Below, in pieces: positions 27,422 through 37,244 of a stretch of 64,000 nucleotides of DNA (the first letter of the stretch is position 1; each line of letters begins with the position of its first letter). The translations under genes were made by a program, and so were the position numbers. The stretch is from an uncultured Candidatus Saccharibacteria bacterium. Lineage in GTDB: Bacteria; Patescibacteriota; Minisyncoccia; Phycocordibacterales; UBA918. Under the pieces are notes generated by a model, which searched no databases, was not told where the DNA came from, and was given only the letters and a program-made list of their open reading frames with translations. The stretch spans positions 246,578-310,577 of the forward strand of contig CAYGKO010000001.1 in assembly GCA_964350735.1 (NCBI GenBank), read 5' to 3'.

Positions 27422-28513
27422 ATGATTGAAAAACCAGTCTCTCATAGAGAAAATTCCGAGAAAAGAAGAAGGAATATTGCAAAAATATTTGGTGCTTTTT
27501 TAGCTAGTCTGTCTCCGGAGGCAAAAGCTATAGAGATACCAGTCGATGCTAGCTGGTCTGAAGGTGCGGCGTTATTGCGGAATGCAGTTTTCGAGAAAGA
27601 AAATGAGCAGGCTGCCGTATTTGTGATTTCTGGATCGGGAGAAAGTGGTTGGGTATACGGAACCGAAGGAGATGAATACTCAGTGACGCGATTCAATGAT
27701 GAGATTGTAGAAAGCGCAGCGGGTAAAAAGTTACTGGCGGGTGAAGTTAAGCTGTGTCTAATTCACACGCATCCCAGGAGTCTTCCAGAGCCAGATTTCC
27801 AGATGGAGATTGGGCCATCAAGTCAAGATTTATATAACAATAATGACGATCGTCACTATTTTGACCTTGTCGAACTAGGCGCCTTTCCAGAATATGAAGA
27901 TCTTCATGCGCTTGAATCGTTTAACATAACTAAAGCAGTATTTACACCAAATGGAGTGTGGTACCACCAGTCAGCTGATTATAGTGCCCGACAAGCGTTT
28001 CTTCCGGCAGAGTATCCTAATGATGAACAGCATGCTGATTTAGGTAAGAAAGTCCAAGCTATGAGTTCACGTTTATTCAGAGATTTACTGGAGCAAGCAG
28101 AGAATCCGGAGCAAATATTTGAAAGTCTAATGGAAGAGAAGTTAGTTAATGAATTTGAATCTGACGAGGAGAAGAAGCGTTATCTGTTAGCAAGATTGAA
28201 GGGCAGAGTCAACCTTGCGTACCGAGGCGGTATTGCTGTAGCAGCTCAATCGCTCGCATTTTTGCACTTATGGGACAACCATCAAGAATTTAAAGATTTG
28301 ATTAAAACTAGTCGTTTATATATGGGATCACGTGGTTACTGGGAAGGTCAAGGCTGGAATATAGTTGATGATAACGATGGTGTTTTATCAGACGAAGAAA
28401 TTAGAAAAACGACCATGATGATTGCTACCACCGGTCAGCTTGGTCGGTTCGTAACTTACGAAGACTTAGTTAAGGAACCGGCCTGTGCTGGTGCTGAATT
28501 TCAACTGAACTAG
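27422..28513 (+). CDS. Hypothetical, probably exported protein with a JAB/MPN-like HxHP...PSxxD motif
   Basis: E.AAV...LIHTHP...GPSSQD; basic then hydrophobic N-terminus. Confidence 0.6.
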   Translation: MIEKPVSHRENSEKRRRNIAKIFGAFLASLSPEAKAIEIPVDASWSEGAALLRNAVFEKENEQAAVFVISGSGESGWVYGTEGDEYSVTRFNDEIVESAAGKKLLAGEVKLCLIHTHPRSLPEPDFQMEIGPSSQDLYNNNDDRHYFDLVELGAFPEYEDLHALESFNITKAVFTPNGVWYHQSADYSARQAFLPAEYPNDEQHADLGKKVQAMSSRLFRDLLEQAENPEQIFESLMEEKLVNEFESDEEKKRYLLARLKGRVNLAYRGGIAVAAQSLAFLHLWDNHQEFKDLIKTSRLYMGSRGYWEGQGWNIVDDNDGVLSDEEIRKTTMMIATTGQLGRFVTYEDLVKEPACAGAEFQLN

Positions 28514-28696
28514 TGGCTTAATCACAAAGAGTAGTAATCTGTCAGATTGCATAAACACAAATCGCTGTAGCGGCAGGGAAGATTCGCCCCCTGCATGCAC
28601 GGCGGTTTTCTTTTTTAAATAATGGCTAGAAATATAGGTATTTTAATGGTATACTGCAGATACTAAATCTGACACTCACGAAAGGGAGGTCATCTC

Positions 28697-28942
28697 ATGC
28701 TGAAAATTGGCATTGCTATCGTCTTGATCGGTATGCTCATCTGGCTGCTGCAGTGGTTTGGCTACTTTATGCGGCGCTCATGGTATCGCCATGTGCCGAA
28801 GTTTCTGATCGCGAACGGCGCGTTTTTGCCTGTACCACTGCATCTCTGGGCTGACGGGCTCATCATTTTCATTCTCTGGATTCTTTTTCTGGAGGTTACC
28901 GATTGGTGGCGGGAACGTCGCCAGAAACTCAAGGAGGTCTGA
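28697..28942 (+). CDS. Small membrane protein
   Basis: SD AAAGGGAGGT, TGGTATACT -10, hairpin terminator at about 28966-28995. Confidence 0.7.
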   Translation: MLKIGIAIVLIGMLIWLLQWFGYFMRRSWYRHVPKFLIANGAFLPVPLHLWADGLIIFILWILFLEVTDWWRERRQKLKEV

Positions 28943-29055
28943 CCATGAACCCTTCAGGTTCTTTCGCTGCCGGAGCGTGCTCCGGCGGCTTTTTATTTGA
29001 GTCTCATGAAAAGTGGTGTTATGGTGGTCTCTATATATCTTAATCCTTATTATTT

Positions 29056-30423
29056 ATGCGCTACGTATCCATTTTCTTACTCTTCATCATGCTGCTTCCA
29101 GCTACTGCTTCAGCGCAGTCTGCTTCAGAAACCATGCTGCGCCAGCAACTGATTGCTTTGATTCAATCACTGCAGATCGAGTTGGCGGCCAGACTAGGGC
29201 AGCAGGGCATGCCAGTAGCAAACATTGACTCAGCTCGTTTACGTAGTCAGGATTTTTCAGAAGGGGTTAACTTTATCTATCCGGCCGATAAAGATTTTTC
29301 TTTCTATATGATTGAGAATGGTACTGAGTTTGGGGAAGATATCGATACGCGCTCGTGGCATATCGTATCCAACAATACATTGGTCGGAAATATCGACTTG
29401 GGCAACGAGTTGGTTAGTGAGGCATTTGAAGCGGCATTGGCAGTGGTGGAACTGGCGGCCATGTTTAGTGGCTTTTCTGACACCTCAATAGATATTGAGG
29501 ATCTGCCAAGGCAAAATGGGTACGACATCAAACATTTGGTAATTGAGGATGCTGGTGAAGTGGCCGGAACTTACATTGCTCAAAAAGAGCTTACCTACCG
29601 AGGGGAGTCATACATTGTTTTACTACGAATCGTGTACGGTAATTTAGAGAGCACACTTGAATCGGTAGCAGCACAATACGATACGGACTTTGATGATTTC
29701 TATTTCCCCACTAAGGCAGAAGCTCGCAACTTCTTCAACACAGTAGTGCGTGAAACAGAGTTTGATGTACGAGCAATCAGTCGGGTGATTGAAAATACTG
29801 ATGCTGAGTTGCGTGATTTGATTGAAGACGCGCGCGATGAAGGGCCAGAAGATGAAGAAGAATTTTCCGTTCGACCAGTAAGTAGAGCAGATCATTATCA
29901 AGGTAGTCTGAATGCAGAAGTGCAGTTGATTTCGTATATCGGCTTTGACGATCCATTTTCACGAAACTTGCACGAAACCCGGAGTCGAATTATGGATGAA
30001 TACGACGCACGTGAAGTGGTTTGGGTATATCGAAATTTTCCGATTGCTCAGTTACATCCAAATGGTCCAGCATTGGCAGCAGCAGCAGAGTGTGTGGCGA
30101 CTGAAGGAGGAAACACAGCGTACTGGAAGTTCGTTGATAAGATCTTCTCAGATCGCACTGCGTCAGCAAAAACGGACATGGACGACCTCCCGTCCTACGC
30201 CCGCAGTGCGGGAGTCTCCACCAGTCGATTTAATACGTGTGTTGAAGAAGGGGAAACTGAAGCTGTGGTCACTGCAGACTTTGAAGAAGGGGTAGCAGCT
30301 GGAGTAGTTGGGACACCGCATACCGTGGTGATTGTTGGTGATAAAAAAGGTGTTATTAACGGTGCTCAGCCGTATGCAGTTGTGAAGCAGACAATTGATA
30401 ACTTGCTTATGCAGTTAGACTAG
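29056..30423 (+). CDS. Secreted protein with C-terminal DsbA/Thioredoxin_4-like domain lacking CxxC
   Basis: DHYQGS.NA.V.LI, WVYRNFPI..LHP, AAEC, YWKF.D.IF, GV.GTP, INGAQPY; DPFS sits in place of CPFC. Confidence 0.8.
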   Translation: MRYVSIFLLFIMLLPATASAQSASETMLRQQLIALIQSLQIELAARLGQQGMPVANIDSARLRSQDFSEGVNFIYPADKDFSFYMIENGTEFGEDIDTRSWHIVSNNTLVGNIDLGNELVSEAFEAALAVVELAAMFSGFSDTSIDIEDLPRQNGYDIKHLVIEDAGEVAGTYIAQKELTYRGESYIVLLRIVYGNLESTLESVAAQYDTDFDDFYFPTKAEARNFFNTVVRETEFDVRAISRVIENTDAELRDLIEDARDEGPEDEEEFSVRPVSRADHYQGSLNAEVQLISYIGFDDPFSRNLHETRSRIMDEYDAREVVWVYRNFPIAQLHPNGPALAAAAECVATEGGNTAYWKFVDKIFSDRTASAKTDMDDLPSYARSAGVSTSRFNTCVEEGETEAVVTADFEEGVAAGVVGTPHTVVIVGDKKGVINGAQPYAVVKQTIDNLLMQLD

Positions 30424-30579
30424 GGAGGTACAGAGTAGATGCTATAAAACGCTTGAATTTCTATGAAAAACCCGTATAGTAGGGCCACTTCGCGCTGACT
30501 GTCGAGTCAGACGAGTAATTAAAAGCGTTGTGAGTCGGCGATTACTAGCCGATACCACAGCACCATAAGATCAACCTAA

Positions 30580-30765
30580 ATGGCACGAAAAGCAATTGAG
30601 GTGCGCGCTAGCCGTGTACCAAAATACAAGTGTCGGGTAGTCCGTCGATGTTCTCTCTGTAGCCGTAAGCGCGGGTACATGCGAGATTTCGACATGTGTC
30701 GTATTTGCTTTAGAGAGCAAGCACACGAAGGGCATATCCCGGGTGTTACAAAATCATCATGGTAA
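30580..30765 (+). CDS. rpsZ: 30S ribosomal protein S14, Zn-binding type Z
   Basis: RCSLCSR...[17 protein letters not shown], 61 aa. Confidence 0.97.
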   Translation: MARKAIEVRASRVPKYKCRVVRRCSLCSRKRGYMRDFDMCRICFREQAHEGHIPGVTKSSW

Positions 30766-31157
30766 GCGATACAGTTGGAGACTTCATCATTCAGTTGAAG
30801 AATGCCGGCGCTGTCAATAAGACAGAAGTGACGCTACCGTATTCGAAACTGAAACACGCAATCGCAACGAAGCTTAGCGAAGCTGGCTACGTAGCAGATG
30901 TAAAAACAGCAGGGAAGGACGTAGTGAGCAAAAAGCTCGCTGTCACATTAAAGTACGACGCAGGAGGCCGTCATCACATCAATGGTGTGAAGCGTGTTTC
31001 TAAACCTGGTCGACGTTTGTACATGGGCGTATCGGAAATTCATCCGATTAAATTTGGTAAAGGGAATCTCATCCTTTCAACCCCAGCGGGTATTTTGACT
31101 GAGCAAGAAGCTCGGGAAAAGAATGTGGGTGGTGAGCAACTCTTTATAATCTGGTAA
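30759..31157 (+). CDS. rpsH: 30S ribosomal protein S8
   Basis: [31 protein letters not shown]. Confidence 0.97.
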   Translation: MVSDTVGDFIIQLKNAGAVNKTEVTLPYSKLKHAIATKLSEAGYVADVKTAGKDVVSKKLAVTLKYDAGGRHHINGVKRVSKPGRRLYMGVSEIHPIKFGKGNLILSTPAGILTEQEAREKNVGGEQLFIIW

Positions 31158-31159
31158 GT

Positions 31160-31693
31160 ATGAGTCGACTTGGAAAACTCCCTATAGCCATCCCGGCTGG
31201 AGTAGAAATCAATAACACTGACGCTGTCCTGACAGTAAAAGGTCCAAAAGGAACTTTGACTCGGCCAGTACATGCTGATGTATCAGTTACCGTGGGAGAA
31301 GAGGGTGTCACCGTGGCACCGCTAAAAGAAACGAAGCTATCAAAGTCACTCTGGGGTACATTTGCTGCTCACGTTATCAATATGATGACTGGTGTGACTG
31401 AAGGTTTTGAAAAGAAGCTAGAAATTGAAGGAGTGGGATACCGAGCTGAGATGAAGGGACGAACCTTGGTCTTAAGTGTTGGATTTTCACACCCCGTAGA
31501 ACTTGAAGTACCAGAAGGTCTTGAAGCTGTCGTTGAAAAGAGCGTGATCACGATCACTGGTTCTGACAAAGACGTACTCGGACAATTTGCGGCGAATGTT
31601 CGCAAAGTGAAGAAGCCTGAACCATACAAAGGAAAGGGTATTCGCTATCAAGGTGAATATATTATTCGTAAGCAAGGTAAGAAGGCTGTCTAG
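31160..31693 (+). CDS. rplF: 50S ribosomal protein L6
   Basis: MSRLGKLPI, VKGPKG, GVGYRA, PEPYKGKGIRY. Confidence 0.98.
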   Translation: MSRLGKLPIAIPAGVEINNTDAVLTVKGPKGTLTRPVHADVSVTVGEEGVTVAPLKETKLSKSLWGTFAAHVINMMTGVTEGFEKKLEIEGVGYRAEMKGRTLVLSVGFSHPVELEVPEGLEAVVEKSVITITGSDKDVLGQFAANVRKVKKPEPYKGKGIRYQGEYIIRKQGKKAV

Positions 31694-31720
31694 TCACTTC
31701 TTCAATAAGTTGAAATTCAT

Positions 31721-32071
31721 ATGAACAAAACCCAACAAAAAGTGGCCAAGCGAACCTCACGACACGCTCGCATTCGAGCTAAAGTGATTGGTTCTGCCGC
31801 GCGACCGCGACTTGCCGTGTTTCGAAGTAATAAATTTCTTTACGCACAACTCATCGATGATGAGTCTGCAAAAACTATTGGCTCAGCTGATACACGCTCA
31901 TCAAAGGCTAAGACAGCCGCTGAACGAGCAGCTGAAATCGCCAAGAGTATTGCAGAGCAAGCTAAAAAAGCTGGAGCAGAAAGCGTAGTGTTTGACCGAG
32001 GCGGCTTCCCGTACAAGGGTACTATCGCTATCTTTGCTGACGCTGCACGAGAGGCTGGACTTACATTCTAG
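31721..32071 (+). CDS. rplR: 50S ribosomal protein L18
   Basis: RPRLAVFRSN, AQLIDD, VVFDRGG, AREAGL.F. Confidence 0.98.
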   Translation: MNKTQQKVAKRTSRHARIRAKVIGSAARPRLAVFRSNKFLYAQLIDDESAKTIGSADTRSSKAKTAAERAAEIAKSIAEQAKKAGAESVVFDRGGFPYKGTIAIFADAAREAGLTF

Positions 32072-32106
32072 TCACTACCATTTATTAATTTCTAAGAAAC
32101 AATATT

Positions 32107-32778
32107 GTGTCTGAAGAAAAAAAGCAGGAAGCTACAACTGAAGCTGCAGTGAAAGCCGCAGCTCCCGAAGCAACTGACGCTGCACCCGCAGCGGCCGCTT
32201 CAACTGATGCACCTGCCGCAACCGCCACAAAAGCTGCTGAGACAACTGAACGTCCAGCGCGCCGAGGCGGACGTGGTGGTGATCGAAATGACAAGCGCAA
32301 CCCTCGCCGACCACGACGTGGTGGCCGACGTGAAGAACGAGCTCGTCCAGAGTACGACCAGAAGATCGTGAGTATCCGACGTGTTACTCGTGTGATGGCT
32401 GGAGGACGACGATTCTCATTCTCGGTATCTATGGTGATTGGAGATAAGAAAGGAAAGGTGGGAGTTGGAGTAGGAAAGGCTGGTGATACGCAACTAGCGA
32501 TTGAAAAAGCCATGCGTGCCGCTAAGAAAAACCTGATCCAAGTACCAATGAACAAAGATCATCACATCCCACATGATGTGCAGGTGAAGTATGCTTCAAG
32601 TGAAGTAATGATCATGCCAGCACCAGGTCGCGGACTCGTGGCTGGTAGCTCAGTACGTACCGTACTTGAGTTGGCTGGAGTAACAGATGTTACAGCGAAG
32701 ATCTTCTCTCGAAGTAAGAACAAGCTTAACAATGCGAAGGCTGCTGTCGAGGCCTTGAAGCAACTAAAGAACTCATAA
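32107..32778 (+). CDS. rpsE: 30S ribosomal protein S5 with Ala/Arg-rich N-terminal extension
   Basis: RRVTRVMAGGRRFSF, G.G.GKA, PAPGRGLVAG, VLELAG. Confidence 0.97.
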   Translation: MSEEKKQEATTEAAVKAAAPEATDAAPAAAASTDAPAATATKAAETTERPARRGGRGGDRNDKRNPRRPRRGGRREERARPEYDQKIVSIRRVTRVMAGGRRFSFSVSMVIGDKKGKVGVGVGKAGDTQLAIEKAMRAAKKNLIQVPMNKDHHIPHDVQVKYASSEVMIMPAPGRGLVAGSSVRTVLELAGVTDVTAKIFSRSKNKLNNAKAAVEALKQLKNS

Positions 32779-32779
32779 T

Positions 32780-33223
32780 ATGCAACTACACGAACTAAAA
32801 CCAACCTCTCCTCGAAAGAGCGCAAAGCGGGTTGGACGTGGAGGTAAGCGGGGAAAAACTTCAGGTAAGGGTCACAAAGGACAGAATGCTCGAGCTGGTA
32901 ACAGTGGGCGGCCTGAAATGCGTGAGCAGATCAAGAAGATTCCTAAGCTGCGTGGACACGGTGTAAACCGAGCGAAGACAGTGAACAGTGAACGAGAATT
33001 ACCGATGGTACTGAACGTGTCAGCTCTCGAAGCTTTCGAAGGTACTGACGTTAGTCCAAAGACACTCGTTGCTGCCGGTCTTATCGCTACTAAGCGAAAG
33101 CGAGTACCAGCAGTTAAAATCTTAGGTTCTGGTGATCTCACCAAGAAGCTTAGTGTGACTGGCTGTACTGTATCTAAGACAGCAAAAGAGAAGATTGAAA
33201 AGGCTGGCGGATCAGTAGCATAA
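32780..33223 (+). CDS. rplO: 50S ribosomal protein L15
   Basis: RVGRGG..GKTSGKGHKGQNAR, VKILG.G, KIEKAGG. Confidence 0.98.
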   Translation: MQLHELKPTSPRKSAKRVGRGGKRGKTSGKGHKGQNARAGNSGRPEMREQIKKIPKLRGHGVNRAKTVNSERELPMVLNVSALEAFEGTDVSPKTLVAAGLIATKRKRVPAVKILGSGDLTKKLSVTGCTVSKTAKEKIEKAGGSVA

Positions 33224-33238
33224 GGTATACTACTGCTT

Positions 33239-34510
33239 ATGCAAACATTTTTCCGAAAGTTAAAAATCGTTGTCACAGACAGCACGATTCGTAATCGAGT
33301 ACTCTTTGTACTCGGTGCGCTGGTGATCTTCCGAGCACTGGCAGCGATCCCGATTCCAGGTGTTGATGCTATCGTACTGGAGCAGTTTTTCTCAAATAAC
33401 CAATTCCTTGGTTTGCTGAACATCTTCTCCGGTGGTGGATTGGCTAACCTTTCATTGGTAATGATTGGTGTTGGTCCGTTTATTACCGCTTCAATCATCA
33501 TGCAATTGATGACAGTAATGAGTCCTCGTCTGAAGAGTATTCATACTGAAGAAGGGGAGGCGGGTCGAGCAAAGTTCACCCAATACGTGCGTATGCTCAC
33601 ACTGCCACTGGCTATCCTACAAGCGTTTGGTTTCCTTACGCTCTTGCAAAGTCAGGGAGTAATCGCTGGATTGTCGCAGTTCCAGTTCATTGTGAACGTG
33701 GTGCTGATCGTATCTGGTTCGATTCTGTTGATGTGGATCGGTGAATTGGTGACGGAGTATGGTATCGGAAATGGTGTCTCTATCATCATCTTTGCTGGTA
33801 TTGTGGCTACTTTGCCAGCGACAGCTAGTCAGCTCGCGTTCGGATTTACTTCGACACAGCTGCCAATCTACGTTGGATTTGGACTGATGACTCTCGCGGT
33901 TATCTACGCAGTAGTCTTTATGACTGAAGCGGAACGTCCGGTACCCATCACGTACGCCAAGCAGAGTCGAGGTGGGAAGACCTATGGTGGTACGCAATCA
34001 TACTTGCCGCTACGTCTGAATCAGGCTGGAGTGATCCCAATCATTTTTGCCCTCTCGATTCTATTGTTCCCACAAATGCTATTGAACATCTTGGCTAGCT
34101 TCGATGTGCCAGGAGTGGCAAATTGGAGTAATCAAATTCTTGGTTTCTTCAATAATATCCCACTCTACGCCGCAGTTTATTTCCTTCTGGTATTCCTCTT
34201 CACTTTCTTCTACACAGCAGTGACGTTTGACCCAGAAGCGATCTCAAAGAATTTGCAGCGAAATGGTGCGTTTGTACCGGGAGTTCGACCAGGTGGCGCA
34301 ACAGCCGAATACCTCGGTAACGTGATCACACGACTTACCTTGGTTGGAGCATCGTTCCTCGGACTCGTCGCGGTGTTACCGCTTGGTATGCAGATTGCAA
34401 CTGGTGTGGCCGCACTCGCGATTGGAGGAACGGCACTCTTGATTGCAGTATCGGTAGTGCTTGACCTCGTTCGTCGTATTGACGCACAGGTTTCACTCCG
34501 AGAGTACTAA
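33239..34510 (+). CDS. secY: Preprotein translocase subunit SecY
   Basis: FSGG, PFITASIIMQL, GIGNGVSIIIFAGI, AGVIPIIFA, PGVRPG, GGTALLI. Confidence 0.98.
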   Translation: MQTFFRKLKIVVTDSTIRNRVLFVLGALVIFRALAAIPIPGVDAIVLEQFFSNNQFLGLLNIFSGGGLANLSLVMIGVGPFITASIIMQLMTVMSPRLKSIHTEEGEAGRAKFTQYVRMLTLPLAILQAFGFLTLLQSQGVIAGLSQFQFIVNVVLIVSGSILLMWIGELVTEYGIGNGVSIIIFAGIVATLPATASQLAFGFTSTQLPIYVGFGLMTLAVIYAVVFMTEAERPVPITYAKQSRGGKTYGGTQSYLPLRLNQAGVIPIIFALSILLFPQMLLNILASFDVPGVANWSNQILGFFNNIPLYAAVYFLLVFLFTFFYTAVTFDPEAISKNLQRNGAFVPGVRPGGATAEYLGNVITRLTLVGASFLGLVAVLPLGMQIATGVAALAIGGTALLIAVSVVLDLVRRIDAQVSLREY

Positions 34511-34634
34511 TCAAAGTCGCAAAATCACTACGCCTACTTCGTTAGGCTACGAAAAAATCTCCTCACTGGGCATCTGCCCCATTCGGGGATTTTTTCTTGC
34601 CCGCCTCGTATCCGCAGCAATTTTGTGACTTTGA
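34511..34634. repeat. Branched hairpin element immediately after the secY stop
   Basis: Terminal IR TCAAAGTCGCAAAAT/ATTTTGTGACTTTGA; inner GAAAAAATCTCC/GGGGATTTTTTC stem. Confidence 0.7.
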
Positions 34635-34646
34635 ACATCACTTCAT

Positions 34647-34733
34647 TTGCTTTGTTACCCTTCGTGAAATAGTCCTCACCGTACTCTTGTACCACTCGAA
34701 TTATTTCACTCGTGCTTCGCGCCACTAAAGCAA
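34647..34733. repeat. Second related hairpin element in tandem
   Basis: TTGCTTT/AAAGCAA ends, GTGAAATA/TATTTCAC stem, CCTCAC..CACTCG internal loop as in the preceding element. Confidence 0.55.
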
Positions 34734-34862
34734 TTTTCTATTCACTCCTAAATCTAGAAAACTCTACACAAAAGAGTGACGCCCGGGGCGCCACTCTTTT
34801 GTGTTTGCTTAAATTAAGCTGGTCTTGTATGGTTCATAAAGATTATTGAAAGGAGCTGTACG

Positions 34863-35321
34863 ATGGACTCAGTTGAAACTAAGTTTGGAGTAGTTAATTT
34901 ATTGGAAAGCATAGACTGTAGTTTGCTTAGAGGCACTTGGATTCAGCTGAAAGAACATTCTGGTAAGGTTGCTTTAGAAGTACCAATCGATCGTGTACTT
35001 TCAGCATCAGATCGATTCATCTGCGTTTCGTTAGATTGTGTAGATAACTTATTTTTTCAACCGTTGGCAATTCTTTTTGTTGCAGGCCCAACTGAGTTGA
35101 GGGTTCCGTATGCAGTTGATGATGGTCTTGGGAAAGCGCTTATGTCTGCCTCAGTCATCTCAAGTGTTAGCTTAGGACAAAGTTACTGCGAAGGTATGGC
35201 TGCATTCACGATTGATGGGACCGAAAGTTTTTTACTAGATCATCGTCAGTTCAGCAAAACGGGTGTAGTCACTACAACCCCGATAGTTAGTTCATCAAGT
35301 CGAAGATGGTGGTCATCATGA
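34863..35321 (+). CDS. Hypothetical protein
   Basis: 152 aa, SD GAAAGGAG, hairpin at about 35322-35356. Confidence 0.65.
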   Translation: MDSVETKFGVVNLLESIDCSLLRGTWIQLKEHSGKVALEVPIDRVLSASDRFICVSLDCVDNLFFQPLAILFVAGPTELRVPYAVDDGLGKALMSASVISSVSLGQSYCEGMAAFTIDGTESFLLDHRQFSKTGVVTTTPIVSSSSRRWWSS

Positions 35322-35356
35322 GGGTGTGTGCAGGCAATTGTGCCAGCACACACCCA

Positions 35357-35989
35357 TTAATAACTATTCTTATGTGAATACCCAAGCGGTACTTCCGAAT
35401 GCACCGGTTCCCAAGTTTCACTGGTGAGCCATTTTTTATAAAAATCAAAGACGGTGAGGGCGACGGTCTGAGGGCTGTGGCGTGAGGTGTTGATCACTAA
35501 GTCGAAGTGCTGGGTGTTGTAAGGATCAACGCCGTACATCGAACGATAACGCCGTTGTTCGTTCGCTACCCGTTCTTGCACTTGCTTGGCCACCTCACCA
35601 ATAGTGCTTGCTCTACCAGCGCCACTTGCTCGACTAGCGTTTTCAGTGGAGTCACTAAAAATACGGGCCGTAGCGACGTCCATATCGAGATCCAAGAAAA
35701 CTTTAAATGATTCAGGGATCCAATAAAAACCTAGCCGAGAGTCAACAATAATATCGTTCTTTTTACGGAGCTCACGAAGCTGCTCGTCAATCTCATGGTC
35801 CAGAGCATGATCATCGGCTGCTTGTTTGTTAAATTCTGCCAGCGTCATATTCTTCTGGTCCAACATTTTTCGCACCATATTCCCCGATGAAAAGCGGGTA
35901 TAACCCAACAGCTCAGCTACTTTGTCAGCGGTAGATGATTTCCCGCTACCAGGACGACCAGAGAGCGTGATGAGGTGTTTCTTTTCCAT
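35357..35989 (-). CDS. cmk: Cytidylate kinase (short, archaeal-like type)
   Basis: ITLSGRPGSGKSS, S.G.M.R, D.EID, DSRLG, R.R.MYGVD, DLVINT. Confidence 0.85.
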   Translation of the reverse strand: MEKKHLITLSGRPGSGKSSTADKVAELLGYTRFSSGNMVRKMLDQKNMTLAEFNKQAADDHALDHEIDEQLRELRKKNDIIVDSRLGFYWIPESFKVFLDLDMDVATARIFSDSTENASRASGAGRASTIGEVAKQVQERVANEQRRYRSMYGVDPYNTQHFDLVINTSRHSPQTVALTVFDFYKKWLTSETWEPVHSEVPLGYSHKNSY

Positions 35990-36058
35990 AATTTGCTACA
36001 GCATACCATTCTCCAGACCTTCTTGCAGAAGCTGTAAAAATTGCTACTCTAGAGGCTC

Positions 36059-36646
36059 ATGGAAAACGTACAAGGTCACCTCGTGCTACTGATGGCACCA
36101 TCAGGTAGTGGGAAAAAGATGATGGTTGATGGTCTCGGAGAGACTGCAGATGAATTGCTTTTTATTAAAACCTATACCAGTCGCGCCAAACGCGAAGGTA
36201 CAGATGAGAATCCTAAGTACGAGTTTGTCTCACTGGCAGAGTTCGAACAAATGATTGAGGACGATACGTTTGTTGAGTGGGCAAATTTTAGCGGAAATCT
36301 GTATGGTACTTCAAAGTTAGAAATTGCCGAATATTTGAAAGAAAAGAAAGTGGCATTTAAAGAGATGGAGCTGCAAGGAGTGAATCAGATAAAAAATCTC
36401 TTTCCCAAAGAGAATATCTCAGTGATCTATATTGATGCGGGAGATTGGTCACAGCTTGAAACGCGCATTTTAGCTCGGGCAGCGATTTCTGATGAAGAGC
36501 TTGAATTACGTCGACTGCGCTATGAAGAAGAGGCGAAGTTTAAAGACCAAGCAGACATCATCATTAGTAATAAAAATGGTGAAGGAGAAAAGGCACAAGC
36601 AGAATTTAGAAAAGTTATTAAAGAAATTGTAGACTCACTTAAGTAA
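36059..36646 (+). CDS. gmk: Guanylate kinase
   Basis: APSGSGK, TSR.KREG, Y.FVS..EF, FVEWA...GNLYGT. Confidence 0.9.
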   Translation: MENVQGHLVLLMAPSGSGKKMMVDGLGETADELLFIKTYTSRAKREGTDENPKYEFVSLAEFEQMIEDDTFVEWANFSGNLYGTSKLEIAEYLKEKKVAFKEMELQGVNQIKNLFPKENISVIYIDAGDWSQLETRILARAAISDEELELRRLRYEEEAKFKDQADIIISNKNGEGEKAQAEFRKVIKEIVDSLK

Positions 36647-36650
36647 ATCC

Positions 36651-37235
36651 ATGCAAACACAAACCGTTATATTTTTTGGCCCCCAGGGGAGTGGAAAGGG
36701 CACGCAAGCGCGTAATCTACTAAAGTATCTTCGTGAGAACGACGAGTCTCCAGTGGTAGATCTTGAGACTGGTCGCGGGTTTCGTACTATGGCCCAATCT
36801 GAAAGCTATACTGGAGAGCGAGTCCGGCAAATTCTTGCTGATGGTGAGCTGGTACCAAATTTCTTAACTTCGAGTATTGTCATGACTGAGGTGGCCGAGC
36901 GATTGACTGAAGACAGTCACTTAGTGATCGATGGTTTTCCGCGCAACTTAGATCAAGCGCGCGTGTTGGAACAGATGTTGGCATTTTATAAGCGTACAAA
37001 TTTGACTGTCATATGCCTTGATGTAGCCAATGAGATAGTGGTTGAACGTATGCAAAGTCGGGGTCGGGCTGATGATACGCCGGAGTTAATTGCGGAACGA
37101 TTGCGCTTGTATCATGACCAGACCAAGCCACTCACAGACCACTATGAAGGACGTCCCGAGACTAACTTTATTCACGTTGACGGCGGTCAATCGATCGACG
37201 CAGTGTGGGAGGAAATTAGATCTCGATTAGTATAA
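36651..37235 (+). CDS. adk: Adenylate kinase (short LID)
   Basis: GPQGSGKGTQA, GELVP, IDGFPRN..QA, RGRADD, RLRLY..QT.P. Confidence 0.93.
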   Translation: MQTQTVIFFGPQGSGKGTQARNLLKYLRENDESPVVDLETGRGFRTMAQSESYTGERVRQILADGELVPNFLTSSIVMTEVAERLTEDSHLVIDGFPRNLDQARVLEQMLAFYKRTNLTVICLDVANEIVVERMQSRGRADDTPELIAERLRLYHDQTKPLTDHYEGRPETNFIHVDGGQSIDAVWEEIRSRLV

Positions 37236-37244
37236 AGTACCCCT

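Noticed and set aside
32778-32780. Missing rpmD (L30) as a novelty
   Set aside because: Known general feature of CPR bacteria; used only as a taxonomic clue.
24296-33997. Long antisense ORFs over r-protein genes and secY (e.g. 24296-24856, 32085-32555, 32872-33501)
   Set aside because: Shadow ORFs opposite well-conserved genes, with no independent signals.
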